Origin: Spironucleus salmonicida
Taxonomy: Eukaryota
NCBI RefSeq assembly: GCF_000497125.1
Contig: NC_090601.1
Location: 868,001 to 932,000 of the forward strand
Length of the DNA: 64,000 nucleotides
Reading direction: 5' to 3'
In this document: positions 1-13,249 of the stretch, piece after piece
Position numbering within the stretch: the stretch's first letter is position 1
How the letters are laid out: every line of letters begins with the position of its first letter
Position numbers and translations under genes: made by a program
Notes under the pieces: model-generated
Told to the model about the DNA's origin: nothing
Databases searched by the model: none
The model's input: only the letters and a program-made list of their open reading frames with translations

Positions 1-499
1 TTCTTTTAATAATAAAATTCTGCAAAAAAATGTTATGTTACTGTTAATCACATTAGTATTAGTTGAAATACTATATGTAGACCAATGTTACTATTAGCTC
101 GTGGTTGATTGATTATATGATATTACATGTTTATTTATGTGGATAGACAATCCGATAACTATTTTACATTGAACTATGCAATAGTAAAATTAATGGCACA
201 GTCTTATAAAATAATTCTGTTTTTCAGATATTAATAAGTATTCTGAAAAAGATACTTAAAACTTTGTTCGAAAATAAAGATAGTATATTATTATTTTTAT
301 TATCAATAAATAATAACTTATTGTCTTATAAAATATGAGTTAAGTTGAGTAATATTATATAACTGTAAATATTTGAAATATAATATAGTGGCTATACTTA
401 ATGTATATAGTAAAATGAACTACGTGTTTACTTAAAATTATACTGGGATCTAAACACTGCGCGAAAAGTAAATATATTCCATCTAGATAACTTTAAGCA

Positions 500-709
500 T
501 CATATATCACTGGTTTCTAAAAAATTCATGCTAAACTCTAAAATAGACGATTATACATTAGGTTGGGAGAATGTATTAGATTTTGTAACAGGTTTCCTTT
601 TCTAGAGCTGAGATGCTGAGAAATTTGTAACAATATGTCTTCTCTATGAAGTTGAAGTCTTGGGATTATCTGATTAGGTCTTCTAAGCTCTTGAAGCTTC
701 TGTTCCCAT
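500..709 (-). CDS. Small hypothetical protein (69 aa) with a possible N-myristoylation motif (MGTEAS)
   Basis: Open ATG..TGA in table 6; begins MGxxxS; higher GC than flanks. Confidence 0.55.
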
Positions 710-887
710 TTTATAAAACCAGAAAAACTTAATTACCAATGAATATTAAATATTAAATAAATAATATTTGATACTTATTTAAAAATGGCAAGACTAAAAT
801 CGATTCTATATATATAATTAAATAGATAGGTAGTTATAATACTAGTAATAATTATAATTCAATACAAGGTAATTGTAATATCCTTAT

Positions 888-3647
888 TCATATTAAAACA
901 ATACTAAATATAATTTTATGATTCTTGGATTAATCAAAATTAATTAAGATCAAGTATACCAGTTATTTCTTCTGGTCCTCGACCTCCTGGACGACGACCT
1001 TGCTGAGTGCTGCGACGCGGGTGTTGCGCCCCTTCAGGGACTGGTCCAGGAACAGCGTCTTCTGGATCTCCAGTTCGGAGTTGTCGGCCTTCTGTGCCAT
1101 CCTCTCGTCCTTCTCCCGCTGCTTCAGGCCCTCCTTCTTGAGATTATAGTCGTCGATGAAGGTGTTCTTGCTGATTCGCTGGTCGTCCAGGTCCTGGTAG
1201 ATGGCACTTGGGTCGATCCAGGCATCGTTTCGCGTCCTCCTTACCACATTCACCGCGCGAGTGCTCTGATTAAAGTTGCCTACGTCGTTGCCCTCCTTAC
1301 CCTCCAGGCGCTGGTTCTTCTTCTTCACAAAGTCGGAGCGCCCCAGGTCGGCCCTGAGGTACGCGGAGTCGACAATAAAGTTGCGGAAGTCCGCAGGGGC
1401 AGGGGCGCAGGAGATCTGGAGATAGCGTACCAGCAGGGGGGATACCGAGGCCACGTGTATTTTCTGATTAGTGATACGAAGTGGGTGGGACTTCAGCGTT
1501 TCAATAGCATCGGTCTGCGGCTTCTCCTGGCTCTGCACCGACTTGATCTAGGGGAGCGGCTTGTAAATTTTCTGTGAGTGTGTAGTTTTGACGGACGATA
1601 TCGCGCTATTAATGATGGTCTCGTAGTTCTCGTCATGGATGTTGATAATGATGTCGTTGTTAGTGGCCACCTCGTTCTGAATGACCTGCTGGATGTGGGT
1701 ATCCTGCGGTCCGAACTTGTGGTACTTTGGGGGCAGACGTATGATGAAGGTATTATCGATGGTCATGGAGTTGGTCTTCTGGTCGATCTTGGGAGTATCC
1801 AGCTACGTCAACCTGAGCGAGTTATCTTGCGCGTCGGGAGGCGGCTGTTACTTGTACGCCTCGATATCGGACTGCACCATATCCTCATACTTGTAGGACT
1901 TCTTCGTCTTCTTGACTTCCTTCTTCTCCTCGAACTGTATCTGGGTATATTTCACCGACGGCTCTTGGACGTCGTCCAGATCGTATATCTTCGCGTTCTG
2001 CCTATTCTTAGCCTGGTAGTACATCTGTTCCTCTGTTTTTTTGGTTTTCTCGGTTAGCTTCGCAGTGTTGTCAAGGTTTTGTAACGTCGACCTCGGAACG
2101 GCATGCCTTACTACCTTGATGGCTTCTGCGTTCATGGCCGAAGTCAGGGACGGAAAGATATTCTAATTCTGCTGATTGCTCTGAAACAATAGCTGCGGGG
2201 TAATATGATTGATAGCCTTCGACTTGTTGAAGACCTGGGTGTTCCTGATTGATGATCGATCCACTGAAAAATTATTGTTTATATTGACCAGCTCATCAAA
2301 AAGGACAAAGTCAAAGTCGATTGGTTTGATTACTGCAGAATATGTGATGGCACCCTCGTCCAGCTAGTTCTAATTTTGCTCGTCAGATTTGTAGAACTGG
2401 GCGGTCTTTCGCATATTGTCAGATATCTCGGAAGTGCTATTGAAATATTTACCATGGAAGACATTGATTAAATCAACTTGGTCTAATGTTTCTGCACCGA
2501 TTAGTGGCGAACCTGATGGGAGATGATTTGCCACCGAATAAACTGAGCTTATCTAGCTATCCCCGAAAATTGCATAAATTACAGATTTTTAATAGTCTGG
2601 ATAGTTTAATATACCAGAAAATGAATACACTACATTATTATAGAGATCATCAACAAATTTTGGAGAAAATACATGGTGATATTGAGGGAATGTTCTCAAA
2701 AACATTCGGTGAACGGCATTTGCTACAAAATATGGCAAATATTCTTAAATATAATCCTTCTCGCTCCCTCTGCATCCCATCCAACTGCGCTAAATTGTGG
2801 CATAGTCATCCGAAATTCTATTAGATAGGAAGTCGATAACCGATAAATCTTTCTCTTAAATATCTAAATGTTCAGGTAAAATATCCTACCCTTCCCATTT
2901 TTTTCTTTGTATACCAAATTCACTAAACTTTTTTCTACAATTCAACCCATCAAAAATAACAGCCCAAACCAACCAGAAAAGACTCTCTACAAGATCTATA
3001 ATTCTATTATTTAGAAACCATGCACATATTCCTTCATTTAGTTCTGTCTACGCTGCAAATAATGTCAATAACATTGCTAGCCGTGGTCTTGCATCCAAAG
3101 GTGGAATTGGCAAAAAGGATTGAATATCAGTATTTAAAAATGCTGGAATAGGTGTAAAAGATATCTTAATTGGGTCGCATGCTTTAAACATCTACTATTA
3201 AATTCGTAGCTGCTATATAGTGAATTTAGACGCGCCGAATACACTAGTAACAATTTTAAATTAAATAATTTCAAGTTATTTTTTAGTAAATTTCGAAATA
3301 ATAATGGGTTTAATATATTTTTTGTTAATAAATCCTAAGCATTTGTCAGCTGAAAACGAATTGGAGAATATTTTTTGAGAATCTGGAAAAAGACTGTACT
3401 CAATTGCTTCATCTAAAGTAGGTGGTACCCAAGATGGCATAGATGTAACAGATTAATCATTGATGAACTTTTTTGTCTCTCTCAGAGGAGACGTTAATGG
3501 ATTAAGAGATGAAGAACGTTGTTATGTAGTATGATTTGTGCTTACCTATTTTATCTGTGATATATCTATCATTTAAACCATAGACTAATTTTATAGCTGC
3601 ATAAGTTAGTTGGCAAGAAGTTCGGTTTCATTTTTGCGGGTTTTCAT
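888..3647 (-). pseudogene. 3'-truncated, chimeric copy of the FAM227-like gene
   Basis: Mirrors 5293-7973; the last ~63 codons are replaced by ~25 codons read from AT-rich flank to TGA at 890-888. Confidence 0.7.
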
Positions 3648-4423
3648 TTTTTGATATCTTATTATTAATTTTCTTATATAATATTATATGTTACATTTTC
3701 TAATAATAATTTAGTGGTAATAATGTATTACTTATATACTGAGATTGGAAAGCCACGTTAACACTAGCCTAAAATAGTCTCTACTTTATTAAGTATGCTC
3801 AACGACCCTAAGTGTGAAATAATTTGATTTTAGGTTAAATTATAATAGCCTTGTTCTAATAATGATATTAAGTTTCCAAATTTTGTAAAGCTAGTATCCA
3901 ATTGATGAATATATGAAACATATTACATTATAATACGTACTTGCATCCACTCCACTATATGCATCGATAGAAGACGCTTCAAGCTGTAATGGATAGGTTA
4001 TTCGATGCAGCAGATGCAGATTAGTCCCAATATCTAGAAATTGCAGAAGTACGTCAGCTTCTGCATAACTTAGATATTAGTATTACATATGAAACAGTAT
4101 AGCTTATTATCGATTTAATTGATATTGACGGAAATGGAAAGTTAGATAAGAAAGAATTTCCGACATTTATATATATTATTGATAACTCTGATACAGATAA
4201 GTTTGCTAGTATGTTTTTCTTTGCAGTTGACTCTCATATGTTAGGATCGCTAAAAGGATGGTAGCTAGAGAAATAAAAGGATAGACTTTTATTAGGAATG
4301 AACACAAAGTAGGCAGAAGCTATTATTTTCACATTTGGAGATAAACTAACCATAAACCATGATGAGTTTGTGGGTATGGTACAGAAGATGACTCTAAAGT
4401 GAATTGGATTCTTTCTAATTTAT
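967..4423. repeat. Inverted repeat 1, left arm (3457 bp)
   Basis: Reverse complement of 4517-7973 (paired coordinates sum to 8940); mirrored ORFs are identical; 93-bp unique spacer. Confidence 0.97.
3959..4402 (+). CDS. Calmodulin-like EF-hand protein (147 aa)
   Basis: EF loops DADQSQYLEIAE and DIDGNGKLDKKE; ends AAG TGA; CCACTCCACTA box before ATG. Confidence 0.88.
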
Positions 4424-4516
4424 AGACTATTTTAATATATTTTAAGGATATTTAAAATGAACATTATCTGCTACAATTATAATCAAATATGTATAATAAT
4501 AATTAGTGTTGTAAAA

Positions 4517-7500
4517 ATAAATTAGAAAGAATCCAATTCACTTTAGAGTCATCTTCTGTACCATACCCACAAACTCATCATGGTTTATGGTTAGTTTATC
4601 TCCAAATGTGAAAATAATAGCTTCTGCCTACTTTGTGTTCATTCCTAATAAAAGTCTATCCTTTTATTTCTCTAGCTACCATCCTTTTAGCGATCCTAAC
4701 ATATGAGAGTCAACTGCAAAGAAAAACATACTAGCAAACTTATCTGTATCAGAGTTATCAATAATATATATAAATGTCGGAAATTCTTTCTTATCTAACT
4801 TTCCATTTCCGTCAATATCAATTAAATCGATAATAAGCTATACTGTTTCATATGTAATACTAATATCTAAGTTATGCAGAAGCTGACGTACTTCTGCAAT
4901 TTCTAGATATTGGGACTAATCTGCATCTGCTGCATCGAATAACCTATCCATTACAGCTTGAAGCGTCTTCTATCGATGCATATAGTGGAGTGGATGCAAG
5001 TACGTATTATAATGTAATATGTTTCATATATTCATCAATTGGATACTAGCTTTACAAAATTTGGAAACTTAATATCATTATTAGAACAAGGCTATTATAA
5101 TTTAACCTAAAATCAAATTATTTCACACTTAGGGTCGTTGAGCATACTTAATAAAGTAGAGACTATTTTAGGCTAGTGTTAACGTGGCTTTCCAATCTCA
5201 GTATATAAGTAATACATTATTACCACTAAATTATTATTAGAAAATGTAACATATAATATTATATAAGAAAATTAATAATAAGATATCAAAAAATGAAAAC
5301 CCGCAAAAATGAAACCGAACTTCTTGCCAACTAACTTATGCAGCTATAAAATTAGTCTATGGTTTAAATGATAGATATATCACAGATAAAATAGGTAAGC
5401 ACAAATCATACTACATAACAACGTTCTTCATCTCTTAATCCATTAACGTCTCCTCTGAGAGAGACAAAAAAGTTCATCAATGATTAATCTGTTACATCTA
5501 TGCCATCTTGGGTACCACCTACTTTAGATGAAGCAATTGAGTACAGTCTTTTTCCAGATTCTCAAAAAATATTCTCCAATTCGTTTTCAGCTGACAAATG
5601 CTTAGGATTTATTAACAAAAAATATATTAAACCCATTATTATTTCGAAATTTACTAAAAAATAACTTGAAATTATTTAATTTAAAATTGTTACTAGTGTA
5701 TTCGGCGCGTCTAAATTCACTATATAGCAGCTACGAATTTAATAGTAGATGTTTAAAGCATGCGACCCAATTAAGATATCTTTTACACCTATTCCAGCAT
5801 TTTTAAATACTGATATTCAATCCTTTTTGCCAATTCCACCTTTGGATGCAAGACCACGGCTAGCAATGTTATTGACATTATTTGCAGCGTAGACAGAACT
5901 AAATGAAGGAATATGTGCATGGTTTCTAAATAATAGAATTATAGATCTTGTAGAGAGTCTTTTCTGGTTGGTTTGGGCTGTTATTTTTGATGGGTTGAAT
6001 TGTAGAAAAAAGTTTAGTGAATTTGGTATACAAAGAAAAAAATGGGAAGGGTAGGATATTTTACCTGAACATTTAGATATTTAAGAGAAAGATTTATCGG
6101 TTATCGACTTCCTATCTAATAGAATTTCGGATGACTATGCCACAATTTAGCGCAGTTGGATGGGATGCAGAGGGAGCGAGAAGGATTATATTTAAGAATA
6201 TTTGCCATATTTTGTAGCAAATGCCGTTCACCGAATGTTTTTGAGAACATTCCCTCAATATCACCATGTATTTTCTCCAAAATTTGTTGATGATCTCTAT
6301 AATAATGTAGTGTATTCATTTTCTGGTATATTAAACTATCCAGACTATTAAAAATCTGTAATTTATGCAATTTTCGGGGATAGCTAGATAAGCTCAGTTT
6401 ATTCGGTGGCAAATCATCTCCCATCAGGTTCGCCACTAATCGGTGCAGAAACATTAGACCAAGTTGATTTAATCAATGTCTTCCATGGTAAATATTTCAA
6501 TAGCACTTCCGAGATATCTGACAATATGCGAAAGACCGCCCAGTTCTACAAATCTGACGAGCAAAATTAGAACTAGCTGGACGAGGGTGCCATCACATAT
6601 TCTGCAGTAATCAAACCAATCGACTTTGACTTTGTCCTTTTTGATGAGCTGGTCAATATAAACAATAATTTTTCAGTGGATCGATCATCAATCAGGAACA
6701 CCCAGGTCTTCAACAAGTCGAAGGCTATCAATCATATTACCCCGCAGCTATTGTTTCAGAGCAATCAGCAGAATTAGAATATCTTTCCGTCCCTGACTTC
6801 GGCCATGAACGCAGAAGCCATCAAGGTAGTAAGGCATGCCGTTCCGAGGTCGACGTTACAAAACCTTGACAACACTGCGAAGCTAACCGAGAAAACCAAA
6901 AAAACAGAGGAACAGATGTACTACCAGGCTAAGAATAGGCAGAACGCGAAGATATACGATCTGGACGACGTCCAAGAGCCGTCGGTGAAATATACCCAGA
7001 TACAGTTCGAGGAGAAGAAGGAAGTCAAGAAGACGAAGAAGTCCTACAAGTATGAGGATATGGTGCAGTCCGATATCGAGGCGTACAAGTAACAGCCGCC
7101 TCCCGACGCGCAAGATAACTCGCTCAGGTTGACGTAGCTGGATACTCCCAAGATCGACCAGAAGACCAACTCCATGACCATCGATAATACCTTCATCATA
7201 CGTCTGCCCCCAAAGTACCACAAGTTCGGACCGCAGGATACCCACATCCAGCAGGTCATTCAGAACGAGGTGGCCACTAACAACGACATCATTATCAACA
7301 TCCATGACGAGAACTACGAGACCATCATTAATAGCGCGATATCGTCCGTCAAAACTACACACTCACAGAAAATTTACAAGCCGCTCCCCTAGATCAAGTC
7401 GGTGCAGAGCCAGGAGAAGCCGCAGACCGATGCTATTGAAACGCTGAAGTCCCACCCACTTCGTATCACTAATCAGAAAATACACGTGGCCTCGGTATCC

Positions 7501-7973
7501 CCCCTGCTGGTACGCTATCTCCAGATCTCCTGCGCCCCTGCCCCTGCGGACTTCCGCAACTTTATTGTCGACTCCGCGTACCTCAGGGCCGACCTGGGGC
7601 GCTCCGACTTTGTGAAGAAGAAGAACCAGCGCCTGGAGGGTAAGGAGGGCAACGACGTAGGCAACTTTAATCAGAGCACTCGCGCGGTGAATGTGGTAAG
7701 GAGGACGCGAAACGATGCCTGGATCGACCCAAGTGCCATCTACCAGGACCTGGACGACCAGCGAATCAGCAAGAACACCTTCATCGACGACTATAATCTC
7801 AAGAAGGAGGGCCTGAAGCAGCGGGAGAAGGACGAGAGGATGGCACAGAAGGCCGACAACTCCGAACTGGAGATCCAGAAGACGCTGTTCCTGGACCAGT
7901 CCCTGAAGGGGCGCAACACCCGCGTCGCAGCACTCAGCAAGGTCGTCGTCCAGGAGGTCGAGGACCAGAAGAA
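4517..7973. repeat. Inverted repeat 1, right arm
   Basis: Reverse complement of 967-4423. Confidence 0.97.
4538..4981 (-). CDS. Calmodulin-like EF-hand protein, inverted copy
   Basis: Mirror of 3959-4402. Confidence 0.88.
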
Positions 7974-8166
7974 GTAGATGAATGTGGCAAAGGGAGATTA
8001 GGCACAGGCTATGCTTCTTGATATGCGTGAAGATCTTAAAAAGAAACTTAAATGTGTTGATGTTACAGAGAAAATTGCTAAGACTAATCTATATGCTGAG
8101 AGAAAGAGAAAGGATAAAATGGAAGATATTCTATTGAGATCTAATAGTAAGAGGGAATAATAATGA
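5293..8166 (+). CDS. FAM227-like (FWWh-domain) protein, 957 aa
   Basis: Single frame free of TGA joining track ORFs 6805/7174/7402; ESLFWLVW...NRISDDYA...KDYIQEYLPYFVANAVHRMFLRTFP...FSPKFVDDLYNNVVYSFSG resembles the FAM227 domain. Confidence 0.72.
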
Positions 8167-9916
8167 TTATTTCACTCTATTTTATAAACTATTATATTTT
8201 TTATGTATATCATTAAGAAATTATCGAGTAGTGTAAAGTTAATTTATGATCTTAAACCTCTATTTGAATAGTAAATTTACTAATATTTATATTTCTCCAT
8301 TCTATTCACTCCCAAATGCAATGAAATATCGTTAATTATCTTAAAAAATAAGTAAACGTTACTTATTTTAGTTATGTCTTAATGTTAATATCTTAAAAAT
8401 TTACAATGATGATAATAATACAACTACCAAAATTGAAATTTTTTTTAAATTATTATTATATTAAGATTATTATGGTTTATGTAGTAGTAGATATTAAAAA
8501 TATCTATTTGAGTAATGAGAAATCTTTGAAATTACTTTATATTTAAAATTATCTACACGTAATTTTAATACTAATTAATTATTACATATTTTACTACACG
8601 AACTATTATAATTGACAAAATTGTAATATTTTAAGATCTCCTATTAAAATAAATTACACCTTCACTGGTAGCTTTTAATTTGTGATCTAATAATATATTA
8701 TATTAGAAAAAGGAGGATAATTATTTATCAACACAAAAAAATTATATATCAATTTAAAAATCAAACATATTCTACCACTAATACTATTTCAGTCTATACA
8801 TCAACAATTTCATTAATAAAATTATTATATAATCATTTAAATACATTTAATTCACCATTCTTAAGTTAAATTTTTGGCATAAGTGATAACTACGTAATAT
8901 TATGCTTCTAAGATACAATTATAAAATTATAAAATTTGTAAAAGAAATTAGCAAACACCTAGTTAAAGTTCATTTATTTTTTCTCTAATTGCTGTCAAAA
9001 TTACAAAACTATTATTCTAGATCACTTACTATACTTCATCTCTGATAAGCTATTTAGTTTTAAGAAATTGCTTTCACAGCTTAGTTGTCAACATATTGTT
9101 ATTTTAACATAGATTTATTTAGCAGTAAAGTTTCAGATTTGGTTTTACTATATAAATATATAGGGATTATATTTCATTTGTTCACTCTAAAGCTTTTTGT
9201 GAAGCGACAGCGATCAGACAAGTGTCGAACGTACGCACCACTTTACGCACAGTATGGCGCTATAAAAAGGAAAGGTTATATTGAAATATGATACTAAGAG
9301 GCGATACTATTTTCTGAAAGGCTTTTTCCGAGATTATATCTGCAAGCTGCTCTTAGTGCTTTAGTGTAGTGTAAAATAATGGGATTTAGGTCATCTCAGT
9401 GCAAAATTAATGATTATTAATTAAGTGTTCTGATTTAACATCTGGTGGCGGTGGAAGGGAAGGGAAAAGTACTCTTCTAGAGAACATTTAGTATAAATTA
9501 TAATAATATAAATTAACATATAATAAATTTAGTAATGCATAAATGAATGTTAATTTAAAAATATTAATTCATAAATAAGATATTTAATATTTAGTTTGTT
9601 TTTATTAGACATAGATTTATTTTAGTTTACACAAAAAGGTTGCTTAACACGGAAATTCTATGAACCAACTATTTGTAGATAAATTAATCTCGCGACTAAA
9701 ATTATATAGTTTAATGAGAAATCTTGATAATATAAGTATCTTATAATAAAAGTTAAAAAGTAGAGTTTTTATAAAAGTTTACCGCAGTTTTGAGTAGCCT
9801 AGGAAAAAATATAAATAATATAGAATAACTAATATTATATTAGTAGTAGATTGTTTTTATATATATCTTAGAAATAATGGAGTTTATATAACTTATAATG
9901 ATCCGCTCCATCAAAC

Positions 9917-11296
9917 ATGTATTTTTTGATTGACGACCTCAATCCATCTGTAATCCAGGCTGAATATGCTGTACGCGGTAAGATAGTGGCAGAGGCTGCT
10001 CAGATCGAGCAGCAGCTTAAAGCAGGTAAGGAGTTCCCTTTCAAATCCATCGCTTACCTTAATATCGGTAATCCACAGGCACTAGGTATGCCTTACCAGA
10101 CCATGCTAAGAGAATTTATAGCGTTATGCATGGCACCACATATCCTCAAAACTAACACGGAGGCATTCAATCCTGACGCGGTTTCTCGCGCAAAAGACTT
10201 CATCAAGGAGAACCCTGCTGGCATTGGTGCCTATACCAATTCCCTAGGATTCGAATCTGTGCGGAAGCAGGTTGCGGGTTTCATTAAGAACCGTGATGGC
10301 TACGAAGCCGGTGAAATATTCCTTTCTAACGGTGCCTCGTCGGCCATCAGAGATGTCATATAATTAATTTCTGGACCTGAGTTCCATTTCTTCCTACCAG
10401 TTCCCTAGTATCCTCTGTATTCGGCCGCTCTTGCGTTGAACTCTGCTGACTACGTAAACTATTATTTGGACGAGGAAAACCAGTGGAAGGTTACGGTTAA
10501 GGAACTCAAGCGCGCGTATGCTGCTGCAAGGCACCAACCTAAAGCCATTATCTTGCTTAACCCATCAAATCCCACAGGTTCTATCCTAACCCAGACCGAG
10601 CTGCTCGAGATCATCGAGTTCTGCCACCAGCACACGATAGCCATCTTGGCGGACGAAGTGTACCAGGAGAACATCTACTACGGTGAGTTCGTCTCTGTAA
10701 AGAAGGCCCTCAAGGTATTTGAGGAAACTCGCAAATGCCAGGGACCAGTGGTATTTAGCTTCCACTCGGTGTCCAAGGGCTACTTAGGAGAGTGCGGTCT
10801 GCGTGGCGGTTTCATGGAAGTCGTAAATGGCTCGAAAGGGCTCATGGAGAACCTACGCAAACTCGCCTCTATTAGCCTCTGCAGCAACACAACGGGTCAG
10901 CTAGCCGTCTCGATGATGGTCGACCCTATCCTGAACGCTACGTGGAAAACCGAAAAAGAGTCCAAACTAGGCCTAATGAAGCAGAAAGCGGACAAGATGA
11001 GCAGGCTGCTCAACACCCAGCACATGAAGTGTCAGCCTATCACGGGTGCTATGTATGCATTCCCCCAGATATTCTTACCGGCCAAGTTCGTCTAGGCGCA
11101 CGAAAACCCTAATCTTGAGTGGTGCGTTTAGCTGCTCCGGACTCGCGGTGTGGTTGGAGTACCAGGAAACGGCTTCCTGCAGGTTGCAGGTACCTACCAT
11201 GTCCGCTTCTCGGTGCTGGAACGTGCGGAAAAAATGGATGGTCTGATAGCGAGCATCACGGAGTTCCACGAAGAGCTCTGGAAGGAGTGGGAGTGA
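9917..11296 (+). CDS. ALT: Alanine aminotransferase (PLP fold type I), 459 aa
   Basis: YAVRG, LNIGNPQ, NPSNPTG, LADEVYQEN, SFHSVSKGYLGECGLRGG (PLP Lys), GAMYAFP, GTYHVRF; internal TAA/TAG read as Gln. Confidence 0.96.
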
Positions 11297-11346
11297 GACT
11301 TTCTATTATTGCTCGAAGAACCAAAATTGAGCGGTTATAATTTCTC

Positions 11347-11559
11347 TCGCTTAGTCAAACCTGCCTCATTTATACGCTCGGTCTCCCGTTTCAAAATTTG
11401 TGCAAATTCCTCTCGCAGCTGAACAATATTTTCACTGTTTTTCTCCTCGAACTCTGCCATTTTTTCTGTCATCAATTTAATAAATTTCTGATTCTCTAAT
11501 ATGAGCTTTTCTTGCATTTCGTTCTTCTTCTTTTTGGCCTAGGCAAGTGTAGTTTGGAG
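11347..11559 (-). pseudogene. 5'-truncated fragment of the coiled-coil gene at 52046-52408
   Basis: Homology starts mid-gene; the stop TGA has become CGA. Confidence 0.75.
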
Positions 11560-11686
11560 ATTATTAATAGAAAAATTTAGCTGCAAGTTTAATCCACCTT
11601 GATAAAGGTATGAATTAACGGTAATAGTATCAAAATATTACTAGGAACACACTAAAAGTCAAAAAATATTACAAAAATTAGTAAAG

Positions 11687-12883
11687 ATGAAGAATTTGTT
11701 TAAATATTTCTTCCAAAAATCATCAAATATTTAGCTTCAAGTGCTAGTATTAGAGGTATTTCTATGTAAATACGGAATTTATATTTTAGGAAAATAAGTA
11801 TTTTCTAACTCCTTATTAACAGCCACCTTAATATTTTGTCATGTATAGTCGGTTTTTTTTGAGAAGTCAAAATATGATGTCATTACTGCATTAATTGTTA
11901 TTAAAGCTTACTTTAGTGACCACAAATCTATAGCTTCATTTTTAAATACTTAACAATTAGTATCTTACATGAAAAATGGTTCATTAAAGTACTAAATTTG
12001 TAGAGCCATAAAATTGTACATTTTGACTCAACTTAACCCAAACGGATATAAATAAATTAGTCATAAAAAGAATTAAATTAAATATATGATTATATATAAT
12101 AATAAATCGAATACTAATTTAATGCAGGATAATTGCGTAGAAAGCCATACAGGACAAAAAATATAAGTAAAAGATCAAGCGTAAACCCTTCAATAGTAAA
12201 AGCAAAATAAGCGAATAAGGCCTAAAAAATATAAATAATAATAGAAAACAAATATCAATATTTTGAATCTAAATAATTTAACTATTGTTGACTTGGAATG
12301 CTTCTAAAACCTATAAGTATCTGAAGTCGGAGCAGTCCGTATATATAAAGGCCAAATAGTTGCATAATTACATTCACTTGTTAAATAGGAACCAAAAATT
12401 CCAGATAATTCCTTTTACGGCTCTTTAATGACAAAAATTTAGTATAGCCATGTAACAAATGGAATGTAGTAATCAGATATTAAGCAACTACTATAAGAAT
12501 TTTCTACATTATCTTCGGATGAATTAAAATCATATAACACAGTTAAATTATTTTCTAAGTTTTAATAAGAGAAAGCAACTTACATGGCAAAAGGACCTGG
12601 ATTAGAAAGATAGATAACAAAATTTGCATTTTAAGACTCAGATATTTTCATTAAGTAAGATAGAGCTTTTTACCATGGCACTGAGCGCTCAGATATAGAT
12701 TGGTGTGATTTCCACAAAACAGTTGAACATAAAACTTATTTTAGGAAAAAAAATTCTCCTTAGCCAGAGCTTATGCATTGTGCACTAGATGATTGCTATG
12801 TTGTAGCCAAGGCAATAGTAAAGTTATCATCTGAGACTAGTCTATAAGACATGTAGTAAATTGAAAATAATTTTTAAAAGTGA
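11687..12883 (+). CDS. DEDDh (DnaQ-fold) nuclease with Maelstrom-type ECHC residues, up to 398 aa (start uncertain; alternative ATG at 12122)
   Basis: TIVDLECF, VSEVGAV, YMAKGPGLE, WCDFHK, MHCALDD; frame checked codon by codon from 11603 to TGA at 12881-12883. Confidence 0.78.
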
Positions 12884-13249
12884 AATATTATATTGCAGTT
12901 TTAATAATAATTTAAGTCCATATTGAAATCATGGTTATCTGGTATCCAGACTGTTGTTAGTATAAAAAATTATTTTAGCGTTATTTTAAGCAATTTTTAT
13001 CATCAGCAGTACACTTATACACTAAATGCAAACCAGACATCATTTCTATATTTTTTCATTATATAACCCTAAAATATCGCACTAGTCTTTTGTACTAGCT
13101 CCCTTACACAGCATCCTCAAAATCCTACAGTCAACTTTCCAAAAACTCTATTTACCCCATATTAACTTAATATTATACAGTATACTCATCATTACTTTTC
13201 CCTTCCATATTACCACTTATAGATATCTACCCATCCCCCAAATTCCAGA

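Larger units (their letters stand above)
9917..11559. repeat. Inverted segmental duplication 3, left copy (partner 52196-53838)
   Basis: Paired coordinates sum to 63755; about 12 substitutions seen over 1.64 kb. Confidence 0.93.

Noticed and set aside
1578-2824. Track ORFs 1578-2057, 1681-1896 and 2486-2824, their mirrors, and similar antisense ORFs such as 48184-49047 and 16413-17015
   Set aside because: They are shadow frames of better-supported genes on the opposite strand.
9917-11296. ALT, kinase and AEC genes as nonsense-riddled pseudogenes
   Set aside because: Fragments are in frame and joined only by TAA/TAG at Gln-compatible positions, which the alternative code explains.
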